A stretch of DNA of 47,117 bases from a virus (taxonomy: Duplodnaviria > Caudoviricetes): the IMG/VR virus record IMGVR_UViG_3300017911_002034, positions 1-47,117 of that record, one strand, 5' to 3'. A program made the position numbers and the translations under genes. The notes under the pieces were generated by a model that did no database searches, had not been told where the DNA came from, and saw nothing but the letters and a program-made list of their open reading frames with translations. Shown one piece after another: positions 40,100 to 47,117 of the stretch (position 1 is its first letter; each line of letters starts with the position of its first letter).

Positions 40100-40272
40100 A
40101 CCTCTCCCATGAATCGTTAGAAAACTTTTTTAAAACCAATTTTTTATTGATGCAGGAACATAAATACTCATTAACAGAAATTGAAAATTGGTTGCCTTGG
40201 GAGAGGACAGTTTATATTTCAATGCTAATAGAACATCTTAAGAAAAAAGCCGAAAAGAATAAAAATGGATAG
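40090..40272 (+). CDS. g51: Baseplate hub assembly catalyst gp51 (not in the ORF track; lies in the -1 frame of gp26)
   Basis: Hand translation gives FRINLSHESLENFFKTNFLLMQEHKYSLTEIENWLPWERTVYISMLIEHLKKKAEKNKNG*. The KYSLTEIEN..PWER..Y signature is gp51-like. First canonical starts are TTG 40147 and ATG 40150. Confidence 0.85.
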   Translation, partial: FRINLSHESLENFFKTNFLLMQEHKYSLTEIENWLPWERTVYISMLIEHLKKKAEKNKNG

Positions 40273-41680
40273 AGCAGTTAGTTTAACAAAAAGATTTTTA
40301 GGTGTAGATGACAGTGTAAAAGGCTTTGGCTCTGTTGCAATGCAGGCATTGCGTCCTTCAACTCTTTTCGGCACGGGCACTTCTGTAGGTTCAGCAAAAG
40401 CATCAATGCCTGGTGCAACTCCGACAACTACACCAGCGGCAGGTAACGTTACAATACCTGAAGATCCGACCGAAAGTTTAATCGCGGATGAGATAGCATC
40501 TCTCAATCAAAATCTCGAACAAAATATTAGAGCTCTTGACAATACCCTTGAAGCCAATGTTAGAGAGATGTCTAGAAATGTTGGCGCAATACAAAGATCA
40601 ATTGCTGACCAAGCAAATGATATGGATCTAAACCCTGATAGCCCAACAAAACGTCAAATAGATGATTTAATTAAGGAACAGGAAGCCACAACAAGAGCCA
40701 TATTGAATATGGGTGGTATGGGAGGTATGATGGGAGTCCCTACAGGAAGGCTGCCTGGGTTTGGGGGTAACCCCAAAGGCACACCGAAAGGCACACCAAA
40801 AGGCCAGCCTAAAGGAACACCTCTACCTCCAGGTCAACAGACCGCCGGACCTAAAACAAAAGCAAAATTACCACCTGGCACCAAGTTAAATTCTGCCGGT
40901 AGACTGATAGATTCTAACACGGGTAAGTTTGTATCCTCCGACCAGGCACAAAAAAGAACACAACAAAAGATAAAACAAAATGTTCAGAAAAGAGTTGGTT
41001 TAAAAATAGCAGGCAAACTTGCAACTAGAGGTGCATTGGCAGCAACAGGTGTAGGTGCTATTGTGGGTGGGGGTTTGTTAGCGTATGATGTAGGTGAGGC
41101 CATTTTTAGTAAGGGTGCAAGAGCAGAATATACAATGGCTAACCCTACCGCCACTGAAGATGAAAAAATGGAAGCATTCAACTATCTTGTAAAAGAGGAT
41201 CCTTCAAGATTGGGAATTGAAGGACTCGAGGATGTAAGTGCTGAACAAAGAATGAATTTTCTATCTGCACAAGATTCTAACCCAGAACTAACCGTTGAAG
41301 ATTTTAATACACAATTAATGGAAGAACAGGGCGGACCAACAGACAAACAAATCGCAGACCTACAGTCAAAAATTTATGACAATACAAAAGGCGGGCTCTT
41401 CAACAATCCTAAAAATGATCTAGAAGAAGCAAATCAAATGATTAAACAGGCAGGTTTGGAAGGACAAGTCACTGCAATAGAAACAAATGACGGTATTGAA
41501 CTTGAACGTGTTACAGGCGATTCAAACCCCCCTGCTTCAGGTCAACAGGCCCCGATTGTAGTTAATGCACCACAACAAGGGGCTACACAGTCACAGGGTG
41601 ACATTATTGTAACACTTCCTAAGACAGTATTATCCAATAATGTTTCTGCAAAGAAGTTTATTGCAAGTAGATTACCCTAA
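40265..41680 (+). CDS. Putative tape measure/baseplate hub protein (gp29-like position)
   Basis: Follows gp26 and gp51; has coiled-coil, Gly/Pro/Lys-rich and hydrophobic Gly/Ala-rich segments and a C-terminal APIVVNAP. Called from synteny and composition only. Confidence 0.5.
   Translation: MDRAVSLTKRFLGVDDSVKGFGSVAMQALRPSTLFGTGTSVGSAKASMPGATPTTTPAAGNVTIPEDPTESLIADEIASLNQNLEQNIRALDNTLEANVREMSRNVGAIQRSIADQANDMDLNPDSPTKRQIDDLIKEQEATTRAILNMGGMGGMMGVPTGRLPGFGGNPKGTPKGTPKGQPKGTPLPPGQQTAGPKTKAKLPPGTKLNSAGRLIDSNTGKFVSSDQAQKRTQQKIKQNVQKRVGLKIAGKLATRGALAATGVGAIVGGGLLAYDVGEAIFSKGARAEYTMANPTATEDEKMEAFNYLVKEDPSRLGIEGLEDVSAEQRMNFLSAQDSNPELTVEDFNTQLMEEQGGPTDKQIADLQSKIYDNTKGGLFNNPKNDLEEANQMIKQAGLEGQVTAIETNDGIELERVTGDSNPPASGQQAPIVVNAPQQGATQSQGDIIVTLPKTVLSNNVSAKKFIASRLP
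40772..40821 (+). repeat. Four degenerate 12-bp repeats encoding PKG(T/Q)
   Basis: PKGTPKGTPKGQPKGTP. Confidence 0.8.
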
Positions 41681-43234
41681 TTTTTTCTCTTTATATTCTT
41701 CTACAAACTTGTGCGATTCATCCACACCCAGTGTAATATCGCCATGTTCCCTATAAGATTTGTGAAGGTCCTCATAGGACATACCTGCATTTTGAAAAGT
41801 ATGAAAATACCAAATGTGTGGAAACTGGTCATACCACAAATCTTTATTGGATTCATATTTAGCAAATATTTTATGTGCTTCCCAAATGTCCATAGTATCA
41901 TGTTCCCAAATTGTAAATGTGGGGTGCGACAAACGACTCCAAATTAAATCTCGAACTCTCGGTTCTAGATTTTCACCTAATCCTTCTTTGGAAGCACCAA
42001 GTTTTTCCATTGTTGTTTCTCTAAATAGTCCAGACTCTTGCCAAGTTTCTTCAAACTCAGAATATGTATTTCTTAAATTGGAGTCTGTAATTTTGTGATG
42101 GATCTGCAAAGGGTAAATATTCATTGAAGGGTGTTTAATATTATCAAACATCCACTTTATACCAGCATTGAATGTTTCTTCAGTTTCGTGCGGCAAACCT
42201 ATAATATAACTAAATGTTGTTCTAAATTTACCAAGGGTTTTCAAAAAATAATCCTGTGCTTCAAGGATACCCTCTTTTAATTTTTCGGGATTCATACCCT
42301 TACCAATAGATTTGGCAGAAGCATGATTAAAGGATTCAATGCCATAGAAATGACCCCACAATCCCATTTTTGCCATGTGTTCCCAGTCTTGTGGGCGTGC
42401 CGCAACAAGATCTGCCCTCACATAGCCCTGTATGTTAGTCTCAAAGGGCAGTTTATCAATAACATTGCCCGCGGCTTCTAATACTGTATGCTCTGCGTTT
42501 GTTGTTTCATCGGCACAACTATAATCAGTAACACCCCAGTATTCATAATTGCGTAGAAGTTCATCATATAAATTATCCATACATCTCGAAGTCTTGCCTT
42601 TGTATCCGATAATGTTGAAGTAACAGAATTTACATTTAAATTTACATCCACGAGTAAGTTCGAGTGTTAAGTTTTCACCTGGTTGTATATAGTCTCGATT
42701 CTCATACTTAACCTGCAAATCATCCATTGGATATGAGGGGTGAGAATTATCACAGTTTACAAACTGATATTGTTTTCCCATCATTTCAAATTTTTCAATT
42801 ACAACACTGCTAGGTTTTCCTGTAAGTTTTTTAAGTAGTTCAATAATTGCATGTTCGGCATAACCTGCGAGGTGAAAATCTGCAGGAAGCATATGACTTG
42901 TCATCAACATTTTACCACCAGCAATTGTAGCAACATTAGGATATGTTTTCTTTAGCCAGTGCATAAAATCAATAATATCCTGCTCCTTAGATAGCAGACT
43001 GAATACAGTGCTAACACCAATAAACACTGTATCTTTTCTTATTCGTTGTTTATAAAATTCTTTTAGTTCGTCAACCGACCATGCAGGCATAAAGTCCAGG
43101 ACTTCAATATCCCAACCATGTTCCCTAAGATAGGAAGCAATTCTATGAGCGCCAGACGCTCTTTTTACAGAGATATGATTGACCGCCTCATGTATTGGCG
43201 TTTCAATCCATCCTCCCATAATAATGCCGTGCAT
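41672..43234 (-). CDS. Radical SAM protein with a probable N-terminal cobalamin-binding domain
   Basis: TRGCKFKCKFC (CxxxCxxC), ADET, GIES and IIGLPHET. The N-terminal G..RIASYLR..G..IEV.D...GVS...GG region fits a B12-binding domain. Confidence 0.85.
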   Translation of the reverse strand: MHGIIMGGWIETPIHEAVNHISVKRASGAHRIASYLREHGWDIEVLDFMPAWSVDELKEFYKQRIRKDTVFIGVSTVFSLLSKEQDIIDFMHWLKKTYPNVATIAGGKMLMTSHMLPADFHLAGYAEHAIIELLKKLTGKPSSVVIEKFEMMGKQYQFVNCDNSHPSYPMDDLQVKYENRDYIQPGENLTLELTRGCKFKCKFCYFNIIGYKGKTSRCMDNLYDELLRNYEYWGVTDYSCADETTNAEHTVLEAAGNVIDKLPFETNIQGYVRADLVAARPQDWEHMAKMGLWGHFYGIESFNHASAKSIGKGMNPEKLKEGILEAQDYFLKTLGKFRTTFSYIIGLPHETEETFNAGIKWMFDNIKHPSMNIYPLQIHHKITDSNLRNTYSEFEETWQESGLFRETTMEKLGASKEGLGENLEPRVRDLIWSRLSHPTFTIWEHDTMDIWEAHKIFAKYESNKDLWYDQFPHIWYFHTFQNAGMSYEDLHKSYREHGDITLGVDESHKFVEEYKEKKLG

Positions 43235-43244
43235 AATTTACCTA

Positions 43245-43280
43245 TAAAAAAGGGGGCAACATATATATGCCGCCCCCTTT
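43245..43280 (-). terminator. Rho-independent terminator after gp32
   Basis: Minus strand reads AAAGGGGGCGGCAT-ATAT-ATGTTGCCCCC-TTTTTT. Confidence 0.85.
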
Positions 43281-43298
43281 CGCTTCCCAAGCTATAGT

Positions 43299-44225
43299 TT
43301 AGTCTTCTTCAGCCAATTTGGCAAAGTAGCTCAGTGTATCTTCATCATCATCCGAATCAACATTAGATGTAACTGAAACTGTATCAGATGTAGCTGCTGT
43401 AACAGCGACCAAATCCTCAACATCATCAGTTCCTGTCTGTGCAGAAATTGTTTCTGCTGTTGTAACTTTAGCACCACCTGAAAGAACTTGGTTAAGTTTA
43501 GCTTTCAATTCATCATATGTTTTAAAGTTTTTAGGATCGACAATATCAGCAAGTGAGTGTTGTTTACTCCAAATTGCTTCAATCTCTTCATCAGATTCTG
43601 CAACAGGAGTAGGTGAAGATTCAAACTCAGACTTGTCATAGTTACGATAGCCATCTACCTGACGAGCTTTCAGTTTAAAGTTTACACCTTCCCAGAAGTC
43701 AAAAGGATTTACTGGTGTTTCATCCTCAAACTCTGGTTGCATAACATCCTTAATTTTGTCAAAGATTTTCTTACCAAACTTGTAGAGGAAAACTTGACCT
43801 TCATTAGCCGGATTAGCAGGATCCTTGACAACAAGAACATTTGCATAGTAAGACAAACGGCGTTTTTGCTTACGAGCAATTTCTTTGTTTGCCTCTGTGC
43901 CACTATTCCAGAGTTCACTGTTAAGTTCTGAAACAGGGTCTGGCTGACTAAGGGTAGTAAGTGAGTTTTCAATATACCACTTACCTGTTGGACCCTGAAA
44001 GCCATGGTTCCAAAGACGAACCCACGGAAGTTCTTCACCTTTAGGCGGTGCCAAGAAGCGAAGAACAGCATAACCATTACCAGCAGAATCTACTTGTAGC
44101 TTCCACTCATTACCGTCATCTTTGTTATAATTTTGTTGGGGGGAATCAATTTTTTCGACTTCTTTCATCAAATTATCGAAAGAGCCTCTTGCCTTACGCA
44201 AGTCAGAAAGTGAATTAAACGACAT
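43299..44225 (-). CDS. g32: Single-stranded DNA-binding protein gp32
   Basis: GNGYAVLRFL, HGFQGPTGKWYIENS, FLYKFGKKIFDKI, PFDFW.G.NFKLK and acidic tail LSYFAKLAEED. Confidence 0.97.
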   Translation of the reverse strand: MSFNSLSDLRKARGSFDNLMKEVEKIDSPQQNYNKDDGNEWKLQVDSAGNGYAVLRFLAPPKGEELPWVRLWNHGFQGPTGKWYIENSLTTLSQPDPVSELNSELWNSGTEANKEIARKQKRRLSYYANVLVVKDPANPANEGQVFLYKFGKKIFDKIKDVMQPEFEDETPVNPFDFWEGVNFKLKARQVDGYRNYDKSEFESSPTPVAESDEEIEAIWSKQHSLADIVDPKNFKTYDELKAKLNQVLSGGAKVTTAETISAQTGTDDVEDLVAVTAATSDTVSVTSNVDSDDDEDTLSYFAKLAEED

Positions 44226-44284
44226 ATTTTTTCTCCGTATAAGCGTTGTATTTCAGTGTATGTTGTCCTGTATAAGCGGACATA

Positions 44285-44860
44285 TTATTTATAAAAGTTT
44301 TCACTTACATGCCTCATTTTATCTGTAATTTGGACAAACGGACGATACTTCTTAATTAACATCGAAACATCCTCTAAGAATATATCATCAGAATCCATAG
44401 TAACATAATTATGAATTTTGTCAAGCACAACTAACGTTTCTATAGAAATGAGATGACCAAAATATAACCTATAGACTAAAGGATGATATCCATCCTCGGA
44501 TGAAAAAGGATCTGCAATATTTTCCTTTTCCATCTCCAATTCAATCTTGGCAATATCCTGCTCAAAAATGTAATCCAGTTTTAGTTTACGGGATTTCCAT
44601 GCTTCATATGTTTCCTTTGCATTGGCATCAAAGACGCCTCCCCACTTGTTGCCGGAAACAAAATTAGCAACAAGCAAGTCTATAATCTCACGGCGTTTAT
44701 AATCGCGAGCAAGTTTACGCATAGCAGTCAAATCCCTACGTTTAAGGAAGGCATTTTGGCTTGCCCTAACTGCACCTTTTGTTTTTGTTATATTGTAATC
44801 TTTTTTAGTAAAGTGTAATTTAAGAGCGAGGTATAGTCGATATACTTCAAACGGTTCCAT
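44285..44860 (-). CDS. g59: Helicase loader gp59
   Basis: Y..YLALK.HF...Y, F.KR.D, ISIET and KY.PF; lies upstream of gp32. Confidence 0.9.
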   Translation of the reverse strand: MEPFEVYRLYLALKLHFTKKDYNITKTKGAVRASQNAFLKRRDLTAMRKLARDYKRREIIDLLVANFVSGNKWGGVFDANAKETYEAWKSRKLKLDYIFEQDIAKIELEMEKENIADPFSSEDGYHPLVYRLYFGHLISIETLVVLDKIHNYVTMDSDDIFLEDVSMLIKKYRPFVQITDKMRHVSENFYK

Positions 44861-45153
44861 TAGAACGGCAACTTACTAGTTTTCTCTTTTAATAGATTTA
44901 GTGATTCTGCTTCTTCTTTAATTTTTTCTTTCAGCGAAGATGTGAGAAGTTTTTTAACAGATTCAATTTCAATTTCTTCTTTTAGACAGAAGTCAACAAG
45001 AACATCAATATATCCGGTTCTTGTTTTTTTCGATTTCTTTTCAATATATTGTGAAAATTCAGTCGATGTATGAAAACGTTTAGTAATCAAAAATACATCC
45101 GAAACTTTTTTTACATCTGTAGTAAGATCATTATCAACAATTAGTTTAGGCAT
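44860..45153 (-). CDS. g33: Late transcription co-activator gp33
   Basis: FS..IE, YID....FC....IE.E.V.KL....LKEKI..EA..LN.L and LPF. Likely start MPKLIV at 45153. Confidence 0.85.
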   Translation of the reverse strand: MPKLIVDNDLTTDVKKVSDVFLITKRFHTSTEFSQYIEKKSKKTRTGYIDVLVDFCLKEEIEIESVKKLLTSSLKEKIKEEAESLNLLKEKTSKLPF

Positions 45154-45994
45154 TGTGGTTCCTATGTGTCCAGTCTTTAATATATTTAATAACGTTATAT
45201 GTGGGTGTAATATAAGGGTCCTTACAAATTGTATGTTGCGCTTCTCCGGGTTTATCAAATTCATAAACTACTGGATGATTGAAGGCCTCAGCAACTTGAT
45301 TAATTGTATAACTTTGGCTTGCTCCTAAGTGAATTTGTCTGCGTCTTTTTTCATCAAACAGGGATTTGAAAATACCCTCTACTACATCCTTAACATGTGT
45401 GAAGTCTCGGGACTTATGACCGGTGCCAAATATTTTCAAACTTTCACCTGACAAATATGCTTTCTTAAATGCACGAATAACTGTGCTATGTTCACCATAG
45501 TCCGCTTCACGGGGACCATAGACATTATAAAAATACATTAGACGATAATCAAGACCCCAATGTCTTTGGTAAAGATGCATAACTTCCTCAGCCATTGCCT
45601 TACCTAAAGCATATGGATTATCGTCAGCCTGTCCAAATATTCTACTAGAGGATTGAGCAAAATGCAAGGGACAATTCAACCGTTTTGCCCATTCACAAAC
45701 ATGTGTTGTGGGTCCAACATTATTCAAAATTGCATCAACAGGTTGTTCAAATGCTAAACGAATACGAGGAGTATTTGCAAGGTGAATAATACCATCAGCC
45801 TGATAAATGCTATCAGTAATATCTACATCACATACATCTTTGTGGATATATGCAACATATGGAGAATCGACAATCTTAAACTTGCCGTTTCGCATATCAT
45901 CAATAACAGTAACCGCACATTCTGCGGCAACTAAACGTTCAACTAGGTGACTTCCTATGAAGCCACATCCACCTGTAACAATATAATGTAACAT
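45146..45994 (-). CDS. NAD-dependent epimerase/dehydratase (extended SDR)
   Basis: VTGGCGFIGSHL, IIHLA, YALGK (YxxxK), FYNVYGP and RDFTHV.D. Confidence 0.92.
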   Translation of the reverse strand: MLHYIVTGGCGFIGSHLVERLVAAECAVTVIDDMRNGKFKIVDSPYVAYIHKDVCDVDITDSIYQADGIIHLANTPRIRLAFEQPVDAILNNVGPTTHVCEWAKRLNCPLHFAQSSSRIFGQADDNPYALGKAMAEEVMHLYQRHWGLDYRLMYFYNVYGPREADYGEHSTVIRAFKKAYLSGESLKIFGTGHKSRDFTHVKDVVEGIFKSLFDEKRRRQIHLGASQSYTINQVAEAFNHPVVYEFDKPGEAQHTICKDPYITPTYNVIKYIKDWTHRNHNA

Positions 45995-46506
45995 TACTTA
46001 ATTGGCCTGTAGAAAATGTGAGCGTCGATGCGAGCAGTTACTTTCATCTTTGATGCCCAGTGTGGGTTTACATAATCAGCATGATAGTAAAGTGCGCCAT
46101 CTGTAATATCTAGGTTGTTGCGATAAGTCATCTTAGCGACTTTATAAATTTGCATATATTTTTTCATGTTATTGATTTTATCAGATTTACCATCGCAATA
46201 CCATGAGAACTGACAACGGTTTTTGTAAGGATACAGTTTACCATCATTCTGGCTTCTGTAGTGAGGGCTCTCGTAAACTACCTCGCAGATTGTATTAGGA
46301 AATGCTTCTGACTTGACACGATTCATAGTTACATCAGCAACGGCAATCCAACCAGCTGTTGATTCATTACGCGCTTCGTGATAGATGTTTTGTGTAAGAC
46401 ACGCGATTTGTGGGTCTTGAATAGTTTGAATACCTTTTTCGTTAGGAATAGTAGGATTGCTAGAAATAGAAACTAGAATCGCCATCATTGAGTCAAGAAA
46501 TTTCAT
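45994..46506 (-). CDS. Cell wall hydrolase, SleB/Hydrolase_2 family
   Basis: CL..NIYHEAR.E, V.MNRV...FP.TIC.VV, CQFSW.CDG, GA.YYHA.YV.P.W and HIFY. Likely start 46506 after GAAAGG. Confidence 0.92.
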   Translation of the reverse strand: MKFLDSMMAILVSISSNPTIPNEKGIQTIQDPQIACLTQNIYHEARNESTAGWIAVADVTMNRVKSEAFPNTICEVVYESPHYRSQNDGKLYPYKNRCQFSWYCDGKSDKINNMKKYMQIYKVAKMTYRNNLDITDGALYYHADYVNPHWASKMKVTARIDAHIFYRPIK

Positions 46507-46522
46507 AATATACCTTTCATAT

Positions 46523-46900
46523 AAAAAAGTGATGTGGTGGGATTCGGTTATACCCACAAGAGGCTAGGTAATACCTTGAATCTATAATTCGCCTCAACTT
46601 CCCTGTTGCTACCACGCTGGTCGGTTAAAACCCAGAGAATACCTTATGCCGTTACCTCAACATTATTCAGTCACACATCGTGCTATGCCCAATAGCTACA
46701 TCTGATTCGATGATGCTGTTTGAAGGCACAACTCCCGCCGTCACGGGAATTCGAATTTCAAATAGTGTTCTCAGTAGCAGCGTTTCCTTAGCTCAAGGGG
46801 TCGGAAACCATCCGAAATGTCCTGAGAATGAACCTCCGTGCCAAGTTCACCATCCTCAAGAGCGGGTCTATTGACAGGCGACACCCGCTCAAAATGCTCT
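46523..46900 (-). ncRNA. Candidate large structured non-coding RNA of unassigned family
   Basis: No credible ORF; numerous stems, two possible pseudoknots, a long-range closing helix and a 3' U-tract (see findings). Confidence 0.6.
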
Positions 46901-46914
46901 TTATGCCACATTCG

Positions 46915-47081
46915 TTGGAGGATTCTGTTGCCAAGCTCCTCCGGGCTCCGTAAATGACTAAGCTGCCATTTTCATGTCTGCGAAATTATCGTTTGCAGTT
47001 ACGAGTTTGTTGCGCTTATGGTGGCTTCCGCACCAGTTCTCCACTTACCTATTCAGCACCAGTCGATCCCATTTCACCCCC
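46915..47081 (-). ncRNA. ssrA: tmRNA coding piece, alphaproteobacterial (two-piece, permuted) type; tag ANDNFADMKMAA
   Basis: 5' end GGGGGTGAAATGGGATCGAC; resume context TAACT-GCA AAC GAT AAT; tag frame 46996-46958 ending in AA-stop; downstream GGAGGA-GCTTGGCAACAGAA-TCCTCC hairpin. No T-arm or CCA end was found downstream. Confidence 0.88.
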
Positions 47082-47117
47082 GTCATAAACACTCAACTTC
47101 CGTTCAAGCTCCTCAAC

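Noticed and set aside
44860-46557. Extended N-termini given in the track for gp33 (45264) and the hydrolase (46557)
   Set aside because: The extensions overlap the epimerase gene or the structured RNA. The downstream ATGs at 45153 and 46506 have better RBS context.
46735-46765. TTCGAAT T-loop-like motif suggesting a tRNA or the tmRNA acceptor end
   Set aside because: There is no 5-bp T-stem in the right register, no cloverleaf, no complement to GGGGGTG and no CCA end.
46680-46874. 64-aa plus-strand ORF in the track
   Set aside because: GTG start, no RBS or recognisable motif, and antisense to the local transcription unit. The region is better explained as structured RNA.
155-46874. Many short overlapping or antisense ORFs in the track (e.g. 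155-634, 26333-26743, 37212-37580, 40225-40506)
   Set aside because: They are shadows of well-supported phage genes on the opposite strand or frame, with no motifs.
1-47117. Stop-codon reassignment
   Set aside because: Core genes translate full length under the standard bacterial code, and TAA, TAG and TGA all serve as stops.

Overview
This window is the virion morphogenesis module of a T4-like myovirus. On the minus strand it carries head, tail and neck genes (portal gp20, gp19, gp18, terminases gp17/gp16, gp15, gp14, gp13) and baseplate genes (gp8, gp7, gp6, PAAR, gp25, gp5, a gp27-like hub, gp53, gp48). A plus-strand block holds gp4, gp2, a gp54-like gene, gp26, gp51 and a putative tape measure gene. 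The right end has gp32, gp59, gp33, an NAD-dependent epimerase and a SleB-type hydrolase. T4-type late promoters (TATAAATA) precede many genes. Four things stand out. (1) A ~6 kb convergent island of five glycosyltransferase-like genes, a methyltransferase-like gene and a 2OG-Fe(II)-like gene sits behind late-promoter-like boxes, directly downstream of a fibre-like protein with a symmetric YxG(S/T) repeat; this is a candidate virion-fibre modification system. (2) An apparent -1 frameshift would join gp26 to a gp51 that lacks a start codon, just upstream of the putative tape measure gene. (3) An alphaproteobacterial-type tmRNA coding piece (tag ANDNFADMKMAA) suggests an alphaproteobacterial host. 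(4) A ~380-nt densely base-paired, pseudoknotted non-coding region follows the tmRNA, and I cannot assign it to a known RNA family. All calls come from motif recognition and synteny by eye; no searches were run.
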